Source of the DNA: a virus
Virus record (IMG/VR): IMGVR_UViG_3300021541_000005
Length of the DNA stretch: 64,000 nucleotides
Strand: one strand, 5' to 3'
Part shown: positions 1-9,700 of the stretch, piece by piece
Position numbering within the stretch: position 1 is the stretch's first letter
Layout: every line of letters begins with the position of its first letter
The notes under the pieces: generated by a model
What the model was told of the DNA's origin: nothing
Database searches by the model: none
What the model saw: the letters and a program-made list of their open reading frames with translations, nothing else
Program-made: the position numbers and the translations under genes

Positions 1-125
1 ATCGTAATGATGTTATTCATAAAGATGATTCTAATAGAATGTTTCCTGATTTTAAAAAAATTGATGCTATTTTTAATAAATATGGGGCTTCTTTATTAGC
101 ATGTTATTTATCAGAGTTTGTTTAA
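1..125 (+). CDS. 3' end of the hypothetical protein seen complete at 42022-42540
   Basis: Identical to 42416-42540. Confidence 0.8.
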   Translation, partial: RNDVIHKDDSNRMFPDFKKIDAIFNKYGASLLACYLSEFV

Positions 126-133
126 TTTTTTTT

Positions 134-205
134 AGTCCTATGGTGTAATGGCAATCATGGTGGGTTTTGGTCCCGCTGACTCAGGTTCGACTCCTGATAG
201 GACTA
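134..205 (+). tRNA. tRNA-Gln(UUG), archaeal type, no encoded CCA
   Basis: Acceptor AGTCCTA/TAGGACT with A1-U72, anticodon stem GTGGG/CCCGC with loop TT-TTG-GT, T arm TCAGG-TTCGACT-CCTGA, discriminator A. Confidence 0.93.
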
Positions 206-219
206 TACAACTTTTTTTG

Positions 220-303
220 GGTAGAATAGTCAAGTGGTCAAAGACGATGTGCTTAGGACTCATTCCTTTAGTAGGTCCGCAGGTTCAAATCCTGCTTCTA
301 CCA
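220..303 (+). tRNA. tRNA-Leu(UAG), long variable arm, no encoded CCA
   Basis: Acceptor GGTAGAA/TTCTACC, D arm GTC...GAC, anticodon loop CT-TAG-GA (one T-T mismatch in stem), variable arm CCT-TTAGT-AGG, T arm GCAGG-TTCAAAT-CCTGC, discriminator A. Confidence 0.9.
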
Positions 304-600
304 TTAACAATAATTTTTTGTGTTCACAAATAGGGCATGCTCCTTGCTTCTTTAAACTTTTTTTAACGGAAAACCTTCAAAAAAGCAAAATAACACTGGA
401 TGTTGTTGTTGAGGAAAATATTTTGTTTTCTGTGATTAACTGGTTTTCCATGCTTATTTTTTATTTTTGTTTAAGATTTATTTTTTTATTCGGGTAACTG
501 TTCATTTGGAAAAATTAAAACCCCGTATTTTCATTTTTCGTGTTTAATATTTTTTTAAAAAACTGTAATAATGTTCAAAAAATACCCTTAAAAAAGCAGG

Positions 601-630
601 TTTTATTTTTATGAGAGTGTATAATGAAGA
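601..630 (+). promoter_or_regulatory. 30-bp element also present at 33258-33287; candidate late promoter or regulator site
   Basis: ttttatttttatgagagtgtataatgaaga is identical at both intergenic sites, each upstream of a virion or packaging gene block. Confidence 0.5.
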
Positions 631-809
631 AAGATATTTTTTTCTTCAAAATTTTGAACATATAGGAAAAAAGAGTATTAACATTTTTTTTCTAAAAAAC
701 ACGAGTATACATAGTTAAATTTTAAAATTGGTATGGTACGACTTCTATACTCATAAAAAAAATTTAATACTCTATAATTTCTTCTTAATAAACTAATTTT
801 AACCCAAAA

Positions 810-1859
810 ATGGAGGTATTAACTATTCAAATAAAAAACATGGCTGTGAAAAGTGATGATCAGTTCTTATTCACTGCTCCCGTAATGATACCAGACAAAC
901 CAGATTGTGATTATGAAAGGGGAGAGGGAACATTCACAGCAGAAGAAATACGATTCTTTAAAGAATCATTTCAGGATTATCAAATCATTGATAAGAATCA
1001 TCAAGTATTCAAGGAGTTAGGGAGTGCTAAAAGCATTAAAGACCAAATGGTTGGAGACCCTGTAAATAGTTTCATCCTCGATGAAGAAACTACTTACAAA
1101 CTCGTTAATGGTGGTACAGAAACTTATCCTGCGGGTACTTGGATGTTAACTTCAGATGTAACAGATCCAACTACACAACAAGAAATTGAAGATGGTATAT
1201 TAACTGGTTATAGTCTATCAGTGCATCGTGAAGATATTGGACGATTAATCAAGAAATACATGGCTACTAAAGCTAGTGGTGGTCAGTTAATTCATGATAT
1301 ACCAAATCCTAATGCAATCACTGTGAGCATTGTAAAAAAACCTTGTCAAAGTGGATCTAAACAATGTAAATTAAATGGAAGTGATGTTATGGGTGATGAC
1401 AAAAAGACACTTGATAAAATCAGAGAAGCTCTTGGTATGGATAACCCAGGATATGCTACTAAATCTGATTTGGATGCATTAGCTAAAGAAATTAAAGAGG
1501 AAAATGCTGCGGCTATGAAGTCAGCAGCTGAAGAAATGGGCACTACTATAAGTGATGCTATTAAAGAGGCTTTTAGTGAAGTTGGTGCTATTAAATCTAA
1601 AAAAGAACCTGATAATGACGATGATGATAAGGGTGGTTCTGGTGACAATAAACCAGCAGATACTGATGGTAATGACTCAAAACCAAACCCTGATGATGAC
1701 GACGATGAGGAACTTAAGAAAAAATCTAAAAAACCTAAAAAAGATGGTTCTAAACAAGGAAAAGTACATAATGGAGCAACTAAATCCAATAATACTGAAG
1801 ATTTAGACACTTATGCGTTCCTTGGAAGAAACCCAGATGGTACAAGTAAAAATATTTAA
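810..1859 (+). CDS. Prohead maturation protease (XkdF-like) with C-terminal acidic scaffold region; start may be 840
   Basis: TAPVMIPDKPD, EEI, GTWML and G-LTGYS motifs typical of XkdF-like proteases; directly upstream of the major capsid gene; low-complexity D/K tail. Confidence 0.8.
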   Translation: MEVLTIQIKNMAVKSDDQFLFTAPVMIPDKPDCDYERGEGTFTAEEIRFFKESFQDYQIIDKNHQVFKELGSAKSIKDQMVGDPVNSFILDEETTYKLVNGGTETYPAGTWMLTSDVTDPTTQQEIEDGILTGYSLSVHREDIGRLIKKYMATKASGGQLIHDIPNPNAITVSIVKKPCQSGSKQCKLNGSDVMGDDKKTLDKIREALGMDNPGYATKSDLDALAKEIKEENAAAMKSAAEEMGTTISDAIKEAFSEVGAIKSKKEPDNDDDDKGGSGDNKPADTDGNDSKPNPDDDDDEELKKKSKKPKKDGSKQGKVHNGATKSNNTEDLDTYAFLGRNPDGTSKNI

Positions 1860-1901
1860 TTTTTATTCAAATTAATCAAAAAAAGTGATAGGTGATTAGT
1901 A

Positions 1902-2969
1902 ATGGTGAATATGAATAATGTGCTCACTAAAGTTGTAGCTGCTGCCGGAAAAGATGGTGCTATGAAAGAAGATGAGACAATGTACGATGCAATGTTTGCA
2001 AACGCTGGTATATTGGATAGAAAACAATATAACACTTTTGTACGTGAAATGCAAATCAACAGCGTTATTCTTAACGATGCAGCATTCAAAAGAATGACAA
2101 GAGAATCTGAAGTAACTTCAGGTGCTAGAATCGAAGGAAGAGTATTGCAAGACGGACGTTTAAAAGAAAGTAGAACAACCAAAAGCGACTTAAAAGAAGC
2201 TAAAATCGGTTTTGGTTCTGCTGAATTAAACGCTAAAAAATTAAAAGCAAAAACTTCCATTCTTGATGATGATCTTGATGACAACATCGAAGGAACACAA
2301 TTTGAATCTACCCTACAATCCATGATGGGTGCAGCAATGGGTGAAGACTTAGCTGCTATTGCTGTATTCGGGGACACTGATTTAGATTATGATGAAGAAC
2401 TTTTGTTCCATACTTTCGATGGATGGGTTAAACAAGCAACTACTACTTTAAAATCAAGTGAATTAGGTTCTACTAATGCAGAAAAAGCATTTAATGTTCA
2501 TGAAGATACTATTGAAGCTTTATTTGATGCATTAATTGCAGCGGTACCTGCAAGAGTAAGACAATCAAATCTTATGAATAGATTTAATATTTATGTTCCT
2601 TTTGAAGTTGAAGATGCTTATAGGAATCTTTTAAAATCACGTAATACTGCACTTGGGGACAGTATGCAAGTCGGTGATGCTCCTTTAAAATACAAACGTT
2701 GGAATGTTAAATATGCTCCAGAATTGGATGCTGAAGATTGTAAAGCATTAGATAACACTGCAACATGTCTTGGAGGATTCCCAGACTTAATGAGATGGGG
2801 TGTTTACAAAGACATCAGCATGGAAATGGAACGTAAAGCTGGTGATGAACAAACTAACTTCTGGTATCGTATGAAAGGAGATGCTGGACTTGAAGTATTC
2901 AGCAGCTTAATTGTTGGAAAATTAACCTTAGAGGAGTTAGCTGAAATCCAAGATGAAGCCAAAGCATAG
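1902..2969 (+). CDS. Major capsid protein (HK97 fold)
   Basis: 355 aa after the protease; LNAKKL-AK...I-DD-L-DNIEG and MGEDL...FGD motifs; C-terminal sheet pattern; GGTGA RBS. Confidence 0.88.
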   Translation: MVNMNNVLTKVVAAAGKDGAMKEDETMYDAMFANAGILDRKQYNTFVREMQINSVILNDAAFKRMTRESEVTSGARIEGRVLQDGRLKESRTTKSDLKEAKIGFGSAELNAKKLKAKTSILDDDLDDNIEGTQFESTLQSMMGAAMGEDLAAIAVFGDTDLDYDEELLFHTFDGWVKQATTTLKSSELGSTNAEKAFNVHEDTIEALFDALIAAVPARVRQSNLMNRFNIYVPFEVEDAYRNLLKSRNTALGDSMQVGDAPLKYKRWNVKYAPELDAEDCKALDNTATCLGGFPDLMRWGVYKDISMEMERKAGDEQTNFWYRMKGDAGLEVFSSLIVGKLTLEELAEIQDEAKA

Positions 2970-2978
2970 GTGGTATTT

Positions 2979-3395
2979 ATGGCTTTAGAATCTTGGAATG
3001 ATTTAACTCTTACAGAGAAACGTAAAATCCGCAAGGGTTTTATACGTAATCCTCATAAAGCTTATGAGAGATTACGTGCTCAAGCTGAAGGAGAGACTCC
3101 AGACCCTACACCTACTCCTGATCCAGAACCTGAATTTACTCCTGTAGTTTATGCTTTCACTTCTTATAGTGATGCTGAAAAAACTACTGAATGGGGTACT
3201 GGAACTGTAGAAACAACTGGTGTAGAATCTAATGGATATACTGAGGTTGAAGTGAAAACTAACTCTGTTGATGGTTTCGTTGGTAATAAGTATTATATTA
3301 TTTCTTCTGCTAAGACTGATGGAACTGTTTATGAGTTATTCACTGATGCTGGTACTACTTCAGCGGAGATTTTTGTAACTATTACTGCAAACTAA
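2979..3395 (+). CDS. Putative head decoration or fibre protein with Pro/Thr linker and beta-rich C-terminal domain
   Basis: Follows the capsid gene; TPDPTPTPDPEPE linker; GGTGGT RBS before ATG 2979. Confidence 0.5.
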   Translation: MALESWNDLTLTEKRKIRKGFIRNPHKAYERLRAQAEGETPDPTPTPDPEPEFTPVVYAFTSYSDAEKTTEWGTGTVETTGVESNGYTEVEVKTNSVDGFVGNKYYIISSAKTDGTVYELFTDAGTTSAEIFVTITAN

Positions 3396-3411
3396 AAGAG
3401 ATGGTGATTTT

Positions 3412-3840
3412 ATGTTTTGTACTGTAGATGAAGTAATAGATTTTACTGGTTTGAAACCAAAGCATTTAAATTTATCAACAGATGATGAAAGCAAATTGGA
3501 GGATATTGTCGAGAATTGGATTAAACAATCCACTTCTTTAATTAAAGACTACTGTAATAATGACTTCAAAAAGTATGGTGAAAATATACCAGAAGCAGTG
3601 CAAAATGTATGCATCAGATTAACCGGCAATATGGTTGCATTAGCCACAGCCAGAAGGGATACACCAATAACACAGGTCAATGATTGGCAAGTAAACATTG
3701 TAAACATGCGTGTATTCAGCAATGACCTTAAAGACGACCTTGCACCATATGTAATAGACAAATCCCGTAAATCAGATAAAATAGAATTCTTTGCAATAAC
3801 AGGAGAGGATGATGGTAAAAGTTATCATAAACGTAGATGA
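3412..3840 (+). CDS. Head-tail adaptor (gp6/gp15-like)
   Basis: MFCTVDEV N-terminus, S-LI--YC and IPEAV--VC motifs; position after capsid genes. Confidence 0.72.
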   Translation: MFCTVDEVIDFTGLKPKHLNLSTDDESKLEDIVENWIKQSTSLIKDYCNNDFKKYGENIPEAVQNVCIRLTGNMVALATARRDTPITQVNDWQVNIVNMRVFSNDLKDDLAPYVIDKSRKSDKIEFFAITGEDDGKSYHKRR

Positions 3841-4270
3841 TTCACAATACCAGCGTATTAGTGATAAACTACCACAAATCAAACAAAGAGGATTAAAATT
3901 AACAGGTCAAGACATGTTAAGAAACCTAGGTTTGAATAGTCCTGTTGATCATGGATTACTCAGACAATGGTTCTTTGCTAGTACCTCACCTGAACAGATA
4001 GAAATCCGAACTCCAGCAAAATATGCTATTTTTCCAAATGATGGGACAGGAATCTACAACGGTGGAAGTGTAATAAAACCTAAAAAAGGGAAAGCATTAG
4101 CCTTCAAACCAGGTAAAAAATGGAAAGGTCCTGTAAACAAAGATGGATATGCCTTCCTAAAATATAGTAAAGGTCAAAAAGGCCAACATTTCGTTGAAAA
4201 AAGCATTAAACAAACTCAAGGAAAAATACAGGAGATATTTATAAAATCAGTAAATGAAGTGATACAATGA
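3809..4270 (+). CDS. Neck or tail completion protein (HK97 gp10-like)
   Basis: SPVDHGLLR, AKYAIFPNDGTG and KGQHFVEKSI motifs. Confidence 0.75.
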   Translation: MMVKVIINVDDSQYQRISDKLPQIKQRGLKLTGQDMLRNLGLNSPVDHGLLRQWFFASTSPEQIEIRTPAKYAIFPNDGTGIYNGGSVIKPKKGKALAFKPGKKWKGPVNKDGYAFLKYSKGQKGQHFVEKSIKQTQGKIQEIFIKSVNEVIQ

Positions 4271-4806
4271 ACATAATCACAGGCTTCGAAGCAGTTAGCC
4301 AAATCATAAAAGAATGCATAACATCAGAAAACACTCCAGAAGGAATGTTAAATGATGTGCTTTCAGTAATAACTGTTGCCAATAATGAGGAAGGTATTGA
4401 TGAACCAGCTATATGGATTCGTCAACATCCAACAATACCCTATGATAATGCGAAAACAAGATTATCACGTGATATTGATTTAATTACTACTTTTGAATTT
4501 GTATGTATTGAATATGATCCTGACCCTGAAATTGCTGAGTTAAAAGGTCAAAACCTTGCAAGCCGTGCATGTTTAGCAGTCATGAAAAACTTACAACATA
4601 TACAAAAAGAGTATGGGGTACGTGTTATAAACAATATCTATTTTGTAGCCTTCTATCCTGTTGGAGAAATTGAGATTAGAGGTAAACGTGAAAAAGTACC
4701 TGCTACTAGCATTGTTATAAGCGTAAAACATAATATTGACTGGTTAAACTGTTGTAAACGAAAAAATAACGAAAATAATAATGATGATAATGATGATGGT
4801 GATTAA
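4267..4806 (+). CDS. Putative tail terminator
   Basis: Size and position directly before the tail tube gene; ATGA overlap. Confidence 0.55.
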   Translation: MNIITGFEAVSQIIKECITSENTPEGMLNDVLSVITVANNEEGIDEPAIWIRQHPTIPYDNAKTRLSRDIDLITTFEFVCIEYDPDPEIAELKGQNLASRACLAVMKNLQHIQKEYGVRVINNIYFVAFYPVGEIEIRGKREKVPATSIVISVKHNIDWLNCCKRKNNENNNDDNDDGD

Positions 4807-4808
4807 AA

Positions 4809-5840
4809 ATGAGTTGTAGAGTATTTGGTTTAGAACCAGAAGCTGCCTATGGTGAGGAAGTAGACAAAGATGATTTTCACTTACTTTTTGACCATGATGT
4901 AGACAGCATGGATTTTAAACTCAATGACGAACCGGTAACCAAAAGTTTCGGTTCAAGAATGAATCAAAAAGCAAGAGCTGGAGTAATCAAACCAACAGGT
5001 AGTATAGAAACTTCAGCAAACCTCCAAATATTAGGAGCTTACTTTTACGGATTCTTAGATAATTATAAGTTCACAGCAGGCCAAAATGGTAAAAACACCC
5101 ATGAGTTCTGGGGTGGTGAATCTAAATTATTAAAAAGTTTCAGAGGAAAAGCAGTTAACGACGATTTAATTTTCTACTTAATGGGTTTAATCGTCGATTC
5201 AATGAAACTCGAAGTATCTTCAGAAGACATGACTCTTGGAACTGACTTCATTTATAAAACAGAATTCTCTCAAATTTTAGCCGGTGAAAACGATTACGAA
5301 AGAGCCGAAGAACTAGAAGATGATTTATTCATAATGTTTTACGATGTCATGTTAAAACTCAATGGTAATGACCCTGCCGGCGTGCAGACAAGTTTTACCT
5401 TCGAAGGAAGTAACAATCATGACGTTGACAAAACAATAGGCTTTGGTTACAGACATCCACAGGGACAAGCAAAAGCAGGAAAAAGAGAAAACAGTATCAG
5501 CATTGTAACTACACTTACTCAAGAAACTGTAAGAGCAATATTAGATGCAAGATACGGTGATGTAGACCTTCTTGAACCTGCAAAATGTAAAATATTACAG
5601 GTCCCATTACAAATTGATGTTGAATTATGTGAATATCCTGGCCTTGGATTAACTATTTTATTCCCTAAATGTACTCTCTTAGCTGAATTCGACAGTAGTG
5701 GTATTGATGATGTGGAAGCAACATTAAATATGGCTACATTAGGTTCTGAAGAGGTTACATTAGCCGATGGAACTACTAAGAAAACAGATATGTATGTTAA
5801 ATTAGTCAATAAACAACCTAAGATAGCTCCCAGCATCTGA
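4809..5840 (+). CDS. Major tail (tube) protein
   Basis: 343 aa; N-terminal FG---E--YG motif; two-domain tube pattern; sits before chaperone and tape measure genes. Confidence 0.78.
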   Translation: MSCRVFGLEPEAAYGEEVDKDDFHLLFDHDVDSMDFKLNDEPVTKSFGSRMNQKARAGVIKPTGSIETSANLQILGAYFYGFLDNYKFTAGQNGKNTHEFWGGESKLLKSFRGKAVNDDLIFYLMGLIVDSMKLEVSSEDMTLGTDFIYKTEFSQILAGENDYERAEELEDDLFIMFYDVMLKLNGNDPAGVQTSFTFEGSNNHDVDKTIGFGYRHPQGQAKAGKRENSISIVTTLTQETVRAILDARYGDVDLLEPAKCKILQVPLQIDVELCEYPGLGLTILFPKCTLLAEFDSSGIDDVEATLNMATLGSEEVTLADGTTKKTDMYVKLVNKQPKIAPSI

Positions 5841-6090
5841 GGTGAATCCTGAAACTATTGATGATTTAGCAATAAGCGTAACTGATGGAACAAATCCTGT
5901 AAGTCAAGTTGAAGTTGCAATAGGAGAAATCACAGGCACTACTGGTAGTCAAGGTGGATGTACCTTGCATGATGTTCCTGTAGGCACGGTTACTGTAACA
6001 GCAACTAAAACCGGTTACGTAACTTACAGTCAGGAAGTAACAATTACTTCTAGCACTGAAACTTTAGATATTACTTTAGAGCCTCAATAA
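5830..6090 (+). CDS. Ig-like (carboxypeptidase-regulatory/PEGA-like) domain, probably a +1 frameshift extension of the tail tube protein
   Basis: VTDGT-PV--V-V-IG---GTT---G---L--VP-G--TVTATKTGY pattern; +1 frame opens only after TAG at 5824-5826; CCC-A at 5829-5832; no clear independent RBS. Confidence 0.65.
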   Translation, partial: PASEVNPETIDDLAISVTDGTNPVSQVEVAIGEITGTTGSQGGCTLHDVPVGTVTVTATKTGYVTYSQEVTITSSTETLDITLEPQ

Positions 6091-6157
6091 ACCTATTATA
6101 ATATTTTTTTTTTAGAATGAGGCTAAAAACTTTTATTATTTTTCAAAATTATAAAGA

Positions 6158-6601
6158 ATGGAGGCATTTAAAATGGCAATATTAAAAAAATCACAAATTT
6201 TACAAGGTATCAACGACCCTAAAAAAATACGCATTGAAGCATTAGATGGTGAACTCTGGTTAAGACCATTATCTAATTCAGAGTTAGATGAACTTGATAA
6301 AATCGAAGCTAAAGGAATGGAATCCTACGAAACCAATAGTAAATCTCGTGGTAGAATACAAGGGGAAACCGTTGCCAAAGGAAAAATAAACGTTCATTTA
6401 GCAACTGTTAATGGTGCAAAAGCACGTGATCGTAAAATAGAAATGAGTCTTGACAATCCTAAAAATGCGGATGATCCATGGACTGAAGAGGACATTGGAA
6501 AATTACCGCGTGATGCAGTAAATGAAATCGTTGATGCAATTAATGAATTATCTGGCCTTGAGGTTACAAAAGGAGATATAGATAAATTTCCTGAAGAGTG
6601 A
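6158..6601 (+). CDS. Tail assembly chaperone (start probably ATG 6173)
   Basis: Lies between tube and tape measure genes; LRPLSNSELDEL motif; GGAGG RBS at 6160. Confidence 0.72.
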   Translation: MEAFKMAILKKSQILQGINDPKKIRIEALDGELWLRPLSNSELDELDKIEAKGMESYETNSKSRGRIQGETVAKGKINVHLATVNGAKARDRKIEMSLDNPKNADDPWTEEDIGKLPRDAVNEIVDAINELSGLEVTKGDIDKFPEE

Positions 6602-6743
6602 TGAAGGGCAAGACATAATCTGGTTAGATTACTGCGGATACCATTTATGTGAACGTAGCAGTGATTTAACTTACATTCAATCTTATTTTATTAGTAAAGG
6701 GCGTGCTGAATTACATAAAAAAATGAATGAAGTAAAAAAATAA
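6588..6743 (+). CDS. Tail assembly chaperone frameshift extension (GT-like), 51 codons with no own start
   Basis: Open +1 frame FLKSDEGQDIIWLDYCGYHLCERSSDLTYIQSYFISKGRAELHKK fills the gap before the tape measure gene; opens only after TAG at 6579-6581. Confidence 0.7.
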   Translation, partial: FLKSDEGQDIIWLDYCGYHLCERSSDLTYIQSYFISKGRAELHKKMNEVKK

Positions 6744-6758
6744 AGGGCGGTTTTAATA

Positions 6759-9700
6759 ATGGTTTCTGAAAATATTGTTAAAATTATATTAAAAATGGAA
6801 GACCAAGCCACCCAAATGGCTCAAAAAGCAGATCAAGCTATTAGTAAATTAGGTAATACAGCACAAACCTCAAATCAAAAAGCATCACAATCTGCACAAC
6901 AGTTGACTCAAAAATATGAAAGTACTAATGATAGTATTAGGCGAGTGGGTCAGGCTGTTGAAAAAGTTGGTCAAAATGGTGCTAAATCATTTAATAATAT
7001 GGGTGAGGCTACTCAAAAAGCTGTTATTAACTTTAATAGGTTAGATGAACAGTCCCAAAATGTTATTCGCCATATGGGTAATTTAGATGATGAAAGTAGA
7101 CAAACATTCCTTGGAATGTATAGTTATGCTCAGGATGCTATATCTAAATTTGATGCTTTACAAAATGAAACTAGAACTTGGGGCACAACTTTTGATTATA
7201 CTAGAAGTAAAATGCAGCTAATGGGTACTAATGTTGACTCATTAAAAGGTAAAATACAAGTTGTAGGTTCCAGTATTACAACTCATTTAGGTAATAAATG
7301 GGATACTATCAAATCAAAAGTAACTGTTTTTGGAAATTATATCACAAGCCATTTGTCTAGTGCATTATCTACTGTTAGAAGTAAAATTCAAAGTTTAGGT
7401 GATGCTTTTACTGGTATTGGTGGGGTAATCTCAACAGTATTTGGTGGGATTGGTTTAAAAGCAATGACAGATATGACAATAGGCGCATCAATTAACAGAG
7501 ATAGGATTAAATCATTATCTTTTGCAATGTTGGGTTATGGAGAGTCATTTGAATCTTTTAGCAAAGGAATATGGAAACAAATGGACTCTATGACAAATGC
7601 TAGTTTAGTGTCTTTGGATCAATTATCTCAAGCAGCATCTGTTGTAAAAATGAGCACTAATGCATCAAAAGAACAAATGAAAGAATTATTGCCTGTATTA
7701 AATGATATAGGTCAAAGAGCCATATTGATGGGTAAATCTGGTGATGAGGCCATGGGACTTATGCAGGCAGCAGGTAAAGGTCTCAACGGCGAATTTGAAA
7801 TGCTCAGAGAAAACTTTGGTATCACAAAAGAAAAACTTGAAAATGCCGGATGGAATGGTAGTGCAGAAGATATTGATGGTTATACTCAAGCATTAAAAAA
7901 GTGTTTAGCAGAAAGTGGTGACGTCAATGGTATGATGGATACTACTTCTGGGAAAATTACACGATTACAGAAAATGTGGAATGTTTCAGCTAGAAGTTTA
8001 GGTGATCAATTTAAACCAGCTCTAGATCAAGCACTAAATTCTCTACTCAAATTTCTTGATGCAGATAATAATGGAGAAATAGATAAACAGGCTCAAGGAT
8101 GGGTTCAATGTGCTGTCGGTGCTATGACAGCAGCAAGTGCTTTTGCAACATTAGCTCCATCAATCGCTCCAGCGTTACAAGTAATGGATATGTTTTTCAG
8201 TAAAGGTAGGGCAGTATTAACATTTTTAGGTTTACTTGAAGCTGAGGAGGGTGCTTTAACAGCTTCTACTTTAGCGAATACTATAGCTGAGAAAGCAAAT
8301 GCTATTGCAAAAGCAGCAAAAGGCGTTACAACAGCTGAGTTAACTGCTGAAGAGGTGGCTCTTGGTGCTGCTGAAGCAGGTTTAACTGCTGAAGAAATTG
8401 CTGCTGCGGCTGCCCATGCAGGAAGTGCTGTTGCTATGACTGCTGAAGGTGCTGCTGCTGTAACTGCTGCTGGTGGAACAACTACTTTAACTGGTGCTTT
8501 ATGGGGAATGACTACTGCATTATTGTCTAACCCTATTACATGGATTGTTGTAGCATTAGTTGCTTTGGCTGTTGCTGTTTATGAAGTAGGTAAAGCATTT
8601 GGATGGTGGAAAGATATTCCAACATTACTTGCAGCGGTTTGGTCAGGAATACAAAGGATGTGGAATGCATTTATTAATCATCCTGATGTTAAAGCAGTGA
8701 TTGGAGTTTTAGTTACTGCTTGGAATAGTCTTGTTTCTGCTATAGGATGGGTAATAAGTAAAGTTGAAGAGTTCTTTGGTATTCATATTAATGGGGAATT
8801 TGATGTTGTTCATGCTATTATCGAAGGAATTGGCGTTGCATGGCAAGTAATAACTATGCCTATCCGTACTGTAATTAGCATTATACAATTTTTAATACCT
8901 GTGTTTCAATCTGTTGCTTCAGCAGTGCAGACTGCTCAAAGTAAATTTGGTGCTTTCGGAGGATTTTTAGCTACTATGGCCTCTCCAATAATCTTTGTAT
9001 GGGAATTATTAAGAAAAATTGTATGTATATTGCTCGGTTGTAGTCCAGGTATTGTTCCAGCATTACAAAGAACTTGGGAAGTATTTCAGGAAGTATTCAA
9101 TGCTATTGCAGGATTTATTGGTGGTATTATTTCACCTATTGTGGAATCTATTAGGCCTTTAATTGATATTTTTGTGGAAATAGTAACGTATCTTGTTGAA
9201 ATGTTTATGCCTGCATGGGATTTACTCAGTAATATATTATTGGTAATCTGGAATGCAGTATCTCAGCTTATTAATATTTTCCAGGCATTTCTTAGTGGTC
9301 AAATTACTTTACCTCAAATGTTGAATATGATCTGGAATTTGATTTTGACTGCATATATGACAATTTTAACAATGATTATTAATTTTGTCTTCCAATGGGC
9401 AGGTCAAATTGTAAGTGCAGCAATTAATGCTGCTTCAGGTTTTGTTAATGGTATTATTACTTATATTAGTGGTTTACCTGGCAGATTCTTTAGTTATTTG
9501 GCTCAAACTACTAGTAATATTATTAATGCTGGTGCTCAATGGGTTAATACTGCTAGGCAAAAAGCTAGTGAAATGGTTAACAGTGCTTCAACTACTGTAC
9601 AACAATTACCCGGTAAAATTTATACGGAGTTTACTAAGGTTCCTGATCGTATACGTGAAGCTATACCTCAGGCTATAGCTGCTGCATTAAACTTTGGTAA

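Noticed and set aside
254-256. TAG in the tRNA-Leu anticodon loop as an amber suppressor
   Set aside because: Anticodon UAG reads CUA (Leu); a suppressor would need anticodon CUA
134-303. The tRNA genes as the attP core
   Set aside because: They are full-length and about 18 kb from int on the circle; cannot be excluded without a host alignment
148-497. ORFs 148-333 and 234-497 (and their copies at 42563 and 42649)
   Set aside because: They overlap two well-formed tRNA genes and AT-rich intergenic DNA; translations look spurious
1346-2377. Long minus-strand ORFs opposite the protease and capsid genes (and similar shadows elsewhere)
   Set aside because: Antisense shadows of strongly biased coding sequence, with no RBS or recognisable motifs
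2967-2981. Amber read-through fusing the capsid protein to the in-frame downstream ORF
   Set aside because: The downstream gene has its own GGTGGT RBS and ATG at 2979; no pyrrolysine machinery or suppressor is present. Not excluded, but unsupported
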